This document shows, in pieces, positions 1-8,532 of a DNA stretch of 32,393 bases. How positions within the stretch are numbered: the stretch's first letter is position 1; every line of letters starts with the position of its first letter. Made by a program: the position numbers and the translations under genes. The notes under the pieces are model-generated. The model saw nothing but the letters and a program-made list of their open reading frames with translations, ran no database searches and was not told the DNA's origin. The stretch is from positions 1 through 32,393 of the forward strand of contig JAYTUL010000026.1 of assembly GCA_043744555.1 (NCBI GenBank), read 5' to 3'. Origin of the DNA: a bacterium (lineage in GTDB: Bacteria; Patescibacteriota; Minisyncoccia; Phycocordibacterales; UBA6899).

Positions 1-99
1 ACTTGAGAAGTCTGGAGGAATGTAATTAAAGAAATAAATGCCACTATATGCTGTTTTGGTAGGTATCAGGGTAAACTTGAGAAGTCTGGAGGAATGTAA
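1..99. repeat. Exact 25-bp direct repeat (1-25 and 75-99), period 74 bp
   Basis: ACTTGAGAAGTCTGGAGGAATGTAA occurs at 1-25 and 75-99. The first copy may extend beyond the window edge. Confidence 0.9.
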
Positions 100-114
100 G
101 AAATAAATTTAAAT

Positions 115-187
115 GCCCCTATAGCTCAGCTGGTAGAGCAGTAGCCTTTTAAGCTAACGGTCGCAGGTTCGAGCCCTGCTGGGGGCA
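115..187 (+). tRNA. tRNA-Lys (anticodon UUU), CCA not encoded
   Basis: Acceptor stem GCCCCTA/TGGGGGC, D-arm GCTC...GAGC, anticodon loop CTTTTAA, T-arm GCAGG-TTCGAGC-CCTGC, discriminator A followed by TCA. Confidence 0.96.
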
Positions 188-235
188 TCAAATAAAAAAA
201 CGAGCGTTCTGGCTCGTTTTTTTATTTGATGCCCC
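182..235. terminator. Perfect 24-bp inverted repeat overlapping the tRNA 3' end (terminator-like)
   Basis: GGGGCATCAAATAAAAAAACGAGC (182-205), 6-nt loop, GCTCGTTTTTTTATTTGATGCCCC (212-235). Confidence 0.75.
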
Positions 236-420
236 ACGAGAAGCGTCGCTTCGAGAAGGGCTCGAAAACCTTGCTGATGTTTTGTCTGCAAAACCAGCAA
301 GGTCTACCGTCCCCGTAGGGGAAGAGTCCCTGCTTTATTGCCACAAGCAAGCGAAGCAGCGCCTGTAAAGTAAGAGTCTCTGCTTCGAGAAGGGGGCGAG
401 AGTCCAGCTAAAACAAACTC

Positions 421-840
421 TTATAGTTCCAGCAAATTCAGCCCTGTCTCTTCGTCAAATTTTCTCTCAATGCGCACCTCAGATGTGTAGAGTGTCAGTT
501 CACACGTTGCCCCAACGATGAGCTTCCTTACGTGGCCTCCGTATGCATGAAACTCATCGTCTGCAATTGTAATATGCAGATGTATCATAGGCTTTTCTTC
601 GTGGGTAGCAACATTACCGACACCGGCAACGATCTCATATTCACCGGTGAAGTTTTTCCAATGATACGCTTTGTCTTTTAAAGAAAAAAATCCGAGTTCC
701 ACCTCAGTGGTCGCACCAATGAGCGTAAACGATGCAAAGGAAGTTTGATTATCAGCAATAAATTTTACTAGGGTAGACATAAGCTCGTCCCCTTTTTCAA
801 ATCGTAAAATATATCCGAAATTGAGTTTTTTTACTTTCAT
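421..840 (-). CDS. PPC domain (DUF296) putative DNA-binding protein
   Basis: 139 aa with LRFEKGDEL, IGA, HLH and GGH motifs typical of DUF296/PPC proteins. Confidence 0.85.
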   Translation of the reverse strand: MKVKKLNFGYILRFEKGDELMSTLVKFIADNQTSFASFTLIGATTEVELGFFSLKDKAYHWKNFTGEYEIVAGVGNVATHEEKPMIHLHITIADDEFHAYGGHVRKLIVGATCELTLYTSEVRIERKFDEETGLNLLEL

Positions 841-1143
841 TGTTGAATTATATAATAAAACTCAGTAAGATTCTTGTGGAGCTATTTGTGTGTACCTAAA
901 ATAGTGTATCAAGCGGTGTATATTCTCGAAAGATCGCATGTTTTATGGCGGATCTCCTTGAGCGTCTCTTCTATAATGTGTCGTATTTAGCACTTTCCAA
1001 TAGTGACACGGAAGATCGACATGAGGTTTTACGAAAGATGGGGCGTGATGTTTATCATCACATGTATTTTGGAGATAAACTGTACTTATCCCCGCCACCT
1101 GTCATGATGTATGACAGGGGGCATCTTTTTATCTATAAATAAT

Positions 1144-1887
1144 ATGAAATTCAAAATAAAATCGAAAAAAATAACAGGTAAATTTATTTATGGCGATATC
1201 ACAAAAAATAAAGGTGCTGCGTCCCTTGCGATATTTATGAGCGGATTCGACGGAAGTGCTGACTTTCCCCTCTTTAAAAATGCCTCGTCGATGTTTCTCA
1301 AGAACGATATTGACTCGTTGCGGTTACATTTTTGTGAAGGAAAGAAAGATGCTCCAATGCTTCAGGATGAAAATTTTTCAATGTACACCACAGAGCTCAA
1401 AAATATCGTGGATACTTTTGGTAAATCTTATTCGACCATAGTGCTCGTTGGCCATAGCTTTGGCGCAATTATTGCAATTTTATTTTTAAATAAATATAAA
1501 AAATATGCAAAGAAGACCAAGTTGGTCCTATGGGAACCGACACTTCTCCCGTGGAAAACGAAATGGATGGAAGAAGATTTTACCTTCAACGCTGATAAAA
1601 AATTTTATTATGGGAAACATAGAAAAGAAATACTGAATGAAACTTTCTACAAAGAATGCATAGATATTGAGAATACGACAGACACGCTAAGAATGCTTAA
1701 TAAAAGTGTTCTCATTATTGCTGCCAAGGGCAGTGCTGACAAGGATGCAAGAAAATATTTTCAAAGGACGCGCGACAAAAAAGTCTCGGAACTTTTTCTT
1801 ATCGATAAAACAGACCACTACTTTAAAGGAAGGAGTGTTCAAAAAGAATTGTTTGAAAAAACAATCCAGTTTTTGGCGACTAAGTAG
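1144..1887 (+). CDS. Alpha/beta hydrolase fold protein
   Basis: Nucleophile elbow GHSFG, SGFDG oxyanion region, C-terminal DH. Start moved to ATG 1144 because ATG 1111 lies inside a hairpin. Confidence 0.8.
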   Translation: MKFKIKSKKITGKFIYGDITKNKGAASLAIFMSGFDGSADFPLFKNASSMFLKNDIDSLRLHFCEGKKDAPMLQDENFSMYTTELKNIVDTFGKSYSTIVLVGHSFGAIIAILFLNKYKKYAKKTKLVLWEPTLLPWKTKWMEEDFTFNADKKFYYGKHRKEILNETFYKECIDIENTTDTLRMLNKSVLIIAAKGSADKDARKYFQRTRDKKVSELFLIDKTDHYFKGRSVQKELFEKTIQFLATK

Positions 1888-2091
1888 GGCATACTTTCGC
1901 TAATCTATGTCCGACAGAGGAACCTTTGCCGGTTTTTTGTTTTGTTACGGAAACGGGGATAAGTGAAGTTTTTTCTCCACTTAAAAACAGCATGGGGACT
2001 ATTCGCGTGTTGATATTATCCCTAACTGGTACAATAAGATGAGCATTCGCTAATTTATTATTTAAAAAGATAAGCAAGTTATTTGTAATTT

Positions 2092-2679
2092 ATGACAACA
2101 CAACCGCAAGCAAGTAAGTTTTTTGTAGTCGCGTGTTTTGTCGGACTCTTCGCTGCACTCGATGTTTATTTTCAAAATATGATATCCGCAACTCCTGGAA
2201 TGGGTTGGGTAGGAGCAACATGGGTAGTATTTATTGCATGGGCGCTTTATTTTATTTCTGGTGCAAAGCTGACGAGAATTCACAAAGACTTTTTCGCGCT
2301 TTTGGGAGGGCTGATCCTAGCCATCGCGACTATCAAAATTGGTGGCGCATTAACAGAGGTATGGAAAGGTGGTCCGCTTGAAGCATGGGCATTCCCCGTC
2401 GTCGTTTTCTTTGACGCTGTTATCATCGTTATGCTTGAGCTAACAGACTGGTTTGAACTAGCTCCTGCTTATTTTTTCGGATTCGCAGGATTTTTTGGAT
2501 TTTATTTCGGTAACTTCGATGGACAGATGTCGGATCCTTTCACCGCAGGGATGCATCACTTAATTCTTTCTGTTGTTGGTCTAATTCTCGGATTGATCAC
2601 AGCTACGGGTAGAGTGAAAATACTCTTGGCTATGGGTGTTCCCCTAGAAAATCAGCAAACTGTTTTCGACAAAGAGTGA
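2092..2679 (+). CDS. DUF1097-like multi-pass membrane protein
   Basis: 195 aa, about 6 hydrophobic segments, WVVFIAWALYF..G and PAYFFGFA patterns resembling DUF1097/YcdZ. Confidence 0.7.
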   Translation: MTTQPQASKFFVVACFVGLFAALDVYFQNMISATPGMGWVGATWVVFIAWALYFISGAKLTRIHKDFFALLGGLILAIATIKIGGALTEVWKGGPLEAWAFPVVVFFDAVIIVMLELTDWFELAPAYFFGFAGFFGFYFGNFDGQMSDPFTAGMHHLILSVVGLILGLITATGRVKILLAMGVPLENQQTVFDKE

Positions 2680-2697
2680 TCTTTTGTGATTCTAATG

Positions 2698-2731
2698 AAA
2701 AAGCCCACCCAAAAAGCGGTGTGCTTTTTTA
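2698..2731. terminator. Probable bidirectional intrinsic terminator
   Basis: AAAAAGC-CCACC...GGTG-TGCTTTTTTT between convergent genes. Confidence 0.55.
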
Positions 2732-2739
2732 TATTTTTG

Positions 2740-3945
2740 TTAAAAGTTGTGCCGATGACCTTCTCCCTGGTCACTAAATCCCAACCCTTCGCAGGTGCGC
2801 TCAATATCTAAATCCCATGAAATCGTGCTAATGATCTCACCAATATCATAATGCTCCGTTGACTCCTCTTGGCCTTTAAAGCGAAGAACGTATAAATCTT
2901 GGAATGACTGATGGTCACATGGGCGCCACCATTGTCGTCCTTTGTAATTATCATACGAACGTCCCTCGAGGAATTGTGCCATTTTATCGTAATTAAGAGG
3001 AAATTCTCCAACCTGCTTTAGCGCTGTCAGCACTTCTTTTGTTCCAGAGTAAGCGTAGCCTGCGTATCCAGTAGGCAATTCTCCATTGAATCGACTACGA
3101 AATTTGTCTACAAAAACTTTCGCTGATGGGATAATATCTTCTAGCCCCCAATAAAAATTCACCCCAAAGTACATACCGACAAGCTCATCAAGTGAGAGCA
3201 TGTCAACAATAGTGATCTCAGAAATTGTATGAAGGATGCTCATCTCCTTTTTTAGTCCGCGAGCATTTGCCGCAATTATAAAATTCGCTTGATCCCATCC
3301 CAAATTAGTAACCGAAAGCACATCTGGCTCTAGTTGAAGTATCTCATCAATGTGTTTCGAAAAATCCTCCACTCCCGCCCCGAAGGGTACCTTGATCACC
3401 TTGAGAACATCCCCACCGTATCGTTTTACAACATTTTCCATAGAGGTTTGGATCTCATATCCCCACTGATAGTCAGCTATGAGGATTACCCAGCGTTTTC
3501 CTAAATGCTCGACACCCCATCTGCCCAGGAGTTGAGCTAGCATGTGAGGACTCAATCCTTCATGAAATGTATACGGTCCAAGTTGATCTGCCGTAGTTAT
3601 CGCATTTGATTGACTGACAGAAATGAATGGAATTTTATTCAGCTTTGCCATCCGGTTTGTTACCAATTGTGCAGATGCTGAGATCGAGCCTACAATAATA
3701 TCAGTTTTCTCTTCTATAAACTCCTCCATCATCATCTGCGCCATTTCTGGGGTCATTTGATCGTCCTTGGCAAGAAATTGTACTGAGTGACCATCAATGC
3801 CCCCTTCTGTATTAATTTCTTCCACAGCTAGCAACGCACCCTTGAGTTGATTTTCAACAATTGCGGTATATGGACCAGTGAATCCGCAAGTGAAGCCGAG
3901 TTTTATGGGTGATTTATTTTGAATATTATTACTTGAGATATCCAT
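2740..3945 (-). CDS. Type I (LivJ/AmiC-like) solute-binding protein without signal peptide
   Basis: IKLG...TGPY...GALLAVEEIN..GGIDG, DYQWG and RPCDHQ motifs of branched-chain amino acid-type SBPs. The N-terminus is polar with no hydrophobic leader. Confidence 0.85.
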   Translation of the reverse strand: MDISSNNIQNKSPIKLGFTCGFTGPYTAIVENQLKGALLAVEEINTEGGIDGHSVQFLAKDDQMTPEMAQMMMEEFIEEKTDIIVGSISASAQLVTNRMAKLNKIPFISVSQSNAITTADQLGPYTFHEGLSPHMLAQLLGRWGVEHLGKRWVILIADYQWGYEIQTSMENVVKRYGGDVLKVIKVPFGAGVEDFSKHIDEILQLEPDVLSVTNLGWDQANFIIAANARGLKKEMSILHTISEITIVDMLSLDELVGMYFGVNFYWGLEDIIPSAKVFVDKFRSRFNGELPTGYAGYAYSGTKEVLTALKQVGEFPLNYDKMAQFLEGRSYDNYKGRQWWRPCDHQSFQDLYVLRFKGQEESTEHYDIGEIISTISWDLDIERTCEGLGFSDQGEGHRHNF

Positions 3946-3966
3946 TGAGAATGAAGTAATGACCTG

Positions 3967-4437
3967 CTAGGATTTTTCTTTGTTCACTGGTCTATTATAT
4001 CGCCCCATAAGCTCAGCTTTTTCTAAGACATGTCCTTGTATTGCCTGCAATAGCTCATCTTTACTCGCTGATTGTGGGGTATCAAGCATGGTGTCGAGTG
4101 CATACAACCTAAAGTAGTAGCGATGCTCACGATCAGGCGGGCATGGGCCCATATATCCTTTTTTTCCTCCGGAATTATTGCCAATCACACCACTCGGTTC
4201 TTGACTTTCATTTATTGTTGTAGTCTGTGGAGAAATATTCCACACAAGCCAATGATCCCAAACACATTCTGGACGAATGTTTGCGGGTACATCAGGGTCA
4301 TCCATAATAAGCGCAAGACTTATAGCGCTAACTGGCACATCACTTATGGTTAACCCTGGAATACGGTCTTCTCCATCACAAGTGTAAACTGCTGGAATTA
4401 AACTCTCATGTAAAAATGCTTTGCTTTCAAGTTTCAT
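3967..4437 (-). CDS. YbhB/YbcL family PEBP (Raf kinase inhibitor-like) protein
   Basis: YTCDG, DDPD, WDHWLVWNI, YMGPCPP and HRYYFRLYALD motifs. Confidence 0.93.
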   Translation of the reverse strand: MKLESKAFLHESLIPAVYTCDGEDRIPGLTISDVPVSAISLALIMDDPDVPANIRPECVWDHWLVWNISPQTTTINESQEPSGVIGNNSGGKKGYMGPCPPDREHRYYFRLYALDTMLDTPQSASKDELLQAIQGHVLEKAELMGRYNRPVNKEKS

Positions 4438-4499
4438 TATTGAAAATTCATTTAATTAAGAATAACTACTTGTAGTATACTATAAGTTATACATTGCGC

Positions 4500-6659
4500 A
4501 TGAATAATGAGATACAACCAATTGGTGATACGGCATTACTATTATTATTGAACAATCTTTCCCGAGGTCTAAATGTGGCAGGTCAGAATCTTAACGAAAC
4601 TCTCACTGTTGTCTCTCAACAGCTTGTCGATAATCTTAAGGTCGATGCTGTTGCAATTTGGACAGCTGATCAAGATACGCGTTTTATGCATATTGAGGCA
4701 TCGATTGGTTTGTCTTCGCGCTTCATACGCTTTTTTAATAAAACTGACCGGATAGCTCTAGGAAAAGGACTCGTTGGAAGTGTGATGGAGAAAAAACAAT
4801 CTCTTTTTATAAACAACCTAGCAGAATATCAAAGCGTTGGAACCACAAGGTGGAATGAGATGCTCAAAGATGAGGGGATTGTATCAATTCTTGCTGCGCC
4901 TATTTTTGTTCACGATGAGATAATTGGTGCATTTAATATTTATTACAAAAAAGAACACACATTCACGGATGCTGAGAGGCTTTTTTTTGAAGTACTAGCC
5001 AATCAAATTGCCGTAATAATAAGCAACGACCAACAGTTCAGGCAGCTTGAAGCTAGTGCACTTATGTTAAAAGACCAAGTAGAGAATATGACGAATATTC
5101 AGCAGGTCACGCAAATCCTTAATCATTATTTGCATGAGTCATTGGATGTTTCACTTTCTTACGTAGCAGATTATTTTACAAAAAAATTTAATGTAAAAAG
5201 TATTGCGGTGTTCAAAAGCGATGCAAACAGCGACAAGCTTCCCTTGATCGCTTCACATAATATTTCTGGGCGTATGCTTACTTACTTTCATGAACATATC
5301 CCTGTATCCCAAGAAGGAACGCTACTTGGCGGTGCGTACATAAGCAAAGAACCGCAAATTTCCTCACGAGTATTTACTGATGAGCGCATTTCAAAAGATT
5401 GGGTCATTGCTATGGCCAATGAACATCATGTAGCAATGGGTGCATTTCCGCTTATTGTTCAAGGACGCCCGATTGGAGTACTTGCTACTTTTTATGACCA
5501 TTTGCACGAATTTACTGACGAAGAACTCACTATTTTGGGAACGTTTGCGCAATTTTTTGCTGTTGCACTTGAAAATGCAAGTACTTTTGAAACCCTAGCT
5601 ACAGAAAGAAGGAAAACCAAATCTATGGTTGATAGTATCGAAGATGGTCTGCTTGTTTACAATATGGATGGATGTATTATCGATGCAAATCCTCGCACAC
5701 TTGAGCTTTTTCATTTGAAATATTCAGATTTTGTTGGCAAACAAGTGAAAGAGATAGCCAGCAACGCCAACCTATCCCCTATCCTAGAAATATCGCAACT
5801 AACCCTGAGCGCAGGGGAAACAAAAGAGCTCGATTTTGCTGAACCTTACAATAAATTTCTTCACGTTACAGAGGTGCCACTCAAAGACGAAGACGGGGCT
5901 TCAATGGGTTCTATGCGGGTGTTACATGACTTTACCCAAGAAAGAGTTGTGGAACGACTGAAATCAAACTTTGTTGCAACTGCGTCTCATCAGTTGCGTA
6001 CCCCACTTACTGGTATTAAATGGGGACTACTTGCCCTTTCTGAAGAAATGGGAGGTGACCTGAATGATGTACAAAAGAAGCTTATCAAAAAAATAATTTC
6101 TGCAAATGACAATGTCATTAATCTCATCAATGACATTTTAAATGTTGGAAAAATAGAAGAAGGTAGATTCGAATACAAATTTTCACGTGGCAGTGTTACG
6201 GATATAGTTGACGAATTGCTTGAGAACTTTGAGGTAAACATTGAAAAACAGGGACTAACTGTGGTAAGAGACTACCCGAAACAAGGGCTTCCTGTAGTAC
6301 TAAGAGATAGGGATAAACTTTCACTTGCTATCCGCAATCTACTTGATAATGCAATCAAATACACACAACAAAATGGGATTATAACCGTAAAAGCATGGGG
6401 AGATAAAGATTTTTTGCGAATATCTGTAAGCGATACTGGTATTGGTGTTCCAAAAAAAGACCTGCCATTTCTTTTTAACAAATTTTACCGTGCCCCAAAT
6501 GCAGTAAGGCTTGAAACTGATGGGTCTGGACTTGGGTTGTTTTTCACAAAAAGTATCATAGATAAGCACAATGGGATACTGACAATTGAAAGTGAGGAAG
6601 GCAAAGGAGCAACTTTTACTATTTCTTTACCCATTAGCCTCGAGCCTACCACTGAATGA
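4500..6659 (+). CDS. Soluble sensor histidine kinase (GAF-GAF-PAS-HisKA-HATPase)
   Basis: H-box ASHQLRTPL, N-box NLLDNAIKY, DTGIG, GSGLGL. Two GAF-like repeats (ending LANQIAVII and FAQFFAVALEN) and a PAS (SIEDGLLVYN...N). No TM segment. ATG 4500 preferred over TTG 4494. Confidence 0.93.
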   Translation: MNNEIQPIGDTALLLLLNNLSRGLNVAGQNLNETLTVVSQQLVDNLKVDAVAIWTADQDTRFMHIEASIGLSSRFIRFFNKTDRIALGKGLVGSVMEKKQSLFINNLAEYQSVGTTRWNEMLKDEGIVSILAAPIFVHDEIIGAFNIYYKKEHTFTDAERLFFEVLANQIAVIISNDQQFRQLEASALMLKDQVENMTNIQQVTQILNHYLHESLDVSLSYVADYFTKKFNVKSIAVFKSDANSDKLPLIASHNISGRMLTYFHEHIPVSQEGTLLGGAYISKEPQISSRVFTDERISKDWVIAMANEHHVAMGAFPLIVQGRPIGVLATFYDHLHEFTDEELTILGTFAQFFAVALENASTFETLATERRKTKSMVDSIEDGLLVYNMDGCIIDANPRTLELFHLKYSDFVGKQVKEIASNANLSPILEISQLTLSAGETKELDFAEPYNKFLHVTEVPLKDEDGASMGSMRVLHDFTQERVVERLKSNFVATASHQLRTPLTGIKWGLLALSEEMGGDLNDVQKKLIKKIISANDNVINLINDILNVGKIEEGRFEYKFSRGSVTDIVDELLENFEVNIEKQGLTVVRDYPKQGLPVVLRDRDKLSLAIRNLLDNAIKYTQQNGIITVKAWGDKDFLRISVSDTGIGVPKKDLPFLFNKFYRAPNAVRLETDGSGLGLFFTKSIIDKHNGILTIESEEGKGATFTISLPISLEPTTE

Positions 6660-6745
6660 CTTTTATTTAAAAAACTTGTCTCGTGCACACTCCACATGAG
6701 ATAGATAAAGGTGCTAAAAAATCTTGCTCAAATAAACCCCTTGCG

Positions 6746-6828
6746 GCAGAGCCACACCGTCACTCGCTTTGCTCCATTTTGGCGTGGTATCTCAGAAGCT
6801 TTGCGCTAGATTATCTTGAAAAACTAAC
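6746..6828 (+). repeat. Dispersed non-coding element family A, copy 1
   Basis: 57/83 identical, ungapped, to the reverse complement of 30761-30843 (manual alignment). Confidence 0.75.
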
Positions 6829-6914
6829 AGTTTCCCAAACCTTTCCACTGATACAGCCGTAACACAGCCATGTGTGTGTTAAATAGTATAAATTATAGAC
6901 AGACCCATTTATTA

Positions 6915-7292
6915 TTAGATCACTTTTTTCTCATCTAAAACCGTTTTCACTTTTTCGATAATATCTCTCGGAAGTACATTGGACTTAATAAAATAGAAAA
7001 TAGCACCAAGTGCGTTTGCCTTTTCAATATTTTGCTTATCGCTAAGATTTGAGATAATAATAACAGGGATATTTGCAGTAGCAGTGTTAGCTTTTATATT
7101 CTCAAGAACCTCAAAACCGCTGATACCAGGTAACACAAGATCTAGCAGAATGATATCTGGTAAAACCATAGAAACTATGCGTAACGCTTCTTCACCAGAA
7201 GAAACATGGGTCAACTCATAGCCGGAGTTTTTGATGCTGGTAGAAAAAAGATCTCCGAGTAGTGGGTCATCTTCAACTAGAAAGATTTTCAT
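6915..7292 (-). CDS. Single-domain response regulator (receiver only)
   Basis: VEDD acidic pocket, LLDLVLP phospho-Asp, IISN and FIKS; 125 aa with no output domain. Confidence 0.93.
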   Translation of the reverse strand: MKIFLVEDDPLLGDLFSTSIKNSGYELTHVSSGEEALRIVSMVLPDIILLDLVLPGISGFEVLENIKANTATANIPVIIISNLSDKQNIEKANALGAIFYFIKSNVLPRDIIEKVKTVLDEKKVI

Positions 7293-7504
7293 AAAGTATA
7301 TTCATTCTACCGCTGTATATATCATGCTGGCAAATCTTAGCCTTGTTAAGCGAGCCTCTGTCTCCTGGTTTTAATTTGCTTTGAATTACGTAACTCACTT
7401 ATGTAGATTAAAATTAACATCCCCGCACCAAGCTGACGTGGTTGTTCATTTAGAATAGAAATTTTGTCAAATTCAAGTTTATGAAAATGCCTCAGTAAAG
7501 CCAT

Positions 7505-8083
7505 TTATTTATCAAATATTCCTTCATTTTTCAAGATGATTATGACTTTTTCTACAGTTTTATCAAATTCACCATCGATATTTTCAACTTTTTCATCAAA
7601 TTCATCAGCATAATACATTTCTTCCTCTGCAATCTTCAATCGTGCAGCGATTTCAGACCGATCTGCACCTCTAAGTTGTAGACGTTTTTCAAGCTCCAGA
7701 ATACTTCCTGGATTTAGAAAAATAACCAATGATTCTGGCTCAAGCTCTTTAACTATTCTACAACCCTCTACATCCAGAGCGCCAAATACTACTTCATGTT
7801 CGGTAAGTAATTTATGTACTTGTATTCGTGAACTGCCATAATAGCCAGTTGGACGTTCTACTGCTTCGTAAAATTCTCCCGTATTTCGTCTTTTGACAAA
7901 ATCATCAACGCTTATGAACTCATAATCTACGCCGTTCTGTTCGTTTTTTCTCATCGGACGAGTTGTTGTGGATATTATTACTCCCGTGTTTTTGAGCTTG
8001 TTACGTAATGCTTCAATCAATGTTGTTTTCCCCACGCAAGTGGGACCAACAATGAGTACAATTTTCCCTTTCTCCTCTGTCAT
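7505..8083 (-). CDS. gmk: Guanylate kinase
   Basis: P-loop GPTCVGKTT, STTTRPMR..E.NGVDYEF, YYG. Confidence 0.93.
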   Translation of the reverse strand: MTEEKGKIVLIVGPTCVGKTTLIEALRNKLKNTGVIISTTTRPMRKNEQNGVDYEFISVDDFVKRRNTGEFYEAVERPTGYYGSSRIQVHKLLTEHEVVFGALDVEGCRIVKELEPESLVIFLNPGSILELEKRLQLRGADRSEIAARLKIAEEEMYYADEFDEKVENIDGEFDKTVEKVIIILKNEGIFDK

Positions 8084-8175
8084 AATAACTATAATATAAC
8101 ATGAAGCTACAAATACATTTTTATAAAAAATTGACTATTGCTAATAATTGTATTAATATGATGTTTTTTATAAAG

Positions 8176-8221
8176 TTATCCACAGTTTGTCCTTGATGAG
8201 TTTAAAGGACAGATGTATGAT
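8176..8221 (+). promoter_or_regulatory. DnaA box plus sigma70-type promoter
   Basis: Perfect TTATCCACA at 8176-8184; TTGATG (8193-8198), 17 bp, TATGAT (8216-8221). Confidence 0.55.
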
Positions 8222-8227
8222 TGTCCC

Positions 8228-8355
8228 AGACGCAATTCAGTAGTCCTCAAATTTTCAAGCAGTGGACTACTGCAGAAGCAGTAGTTCTTTACACAATCCA
8301 AAAAGTTTTCCTCCAAATCAAGGCCGCGGGCACTCAAATCCGACGGCCTTTTATA
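8228..8355 (+). ncRNA. Candidate small RNA
   Basis: Lies between the promoter above and a GC-rich hairpin (8320-8350) with a T-rich tail; internal hairpins; no ORF. Confidence 0.35.
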
Positions 8356-8532
8356 TTGTCCTTTTTATTTCCTTAATATCATTTTCAACCAACCACAAGA
8401 CAGCATACTGAGGTATGGCCACTCAAGCCCGAGCAGAGACCTTAAATAAATTGCCGTCTCGGCAATTGAGGATGATATAATATAAAAAACTATAAGACAA
8501 TTAAAATTTTACCAAGCCAGTCCTCGTATAAA

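Noticed and set aside
1-99. CRISPR array
   Set aside because: Only two copies visible, no palindrome in the repeat, the intervening sequence resembles the tRNA leader, and no cas genes are in the window.
945-1142. 65-aa ORF as a real gene
   Set aside because: No recognisable motif and it coincides with a set of hairpins better explained as a structured leader.
3946-3969. YbhB and the SBP are in frame, separated by one TAG and 7 sense codons (possible readthrough fusion or recoding)
   Set aside because: One-in-three chance of being in frame, both proteins look complete, and TAG ends other genes here (pilB, DUF2007-like).
236-7300. Integrative island at tRNA-Lys
   Set aside because: Accessory-looking genes, but no integrase and no distal direct repeat of the tRNA 3' end was found.
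8228-8355. SRP (4.5S) RNA
   Set aside because: The size fits, but the conserved CAGG...GGAA...AGCAG helix-8 motif is not present.
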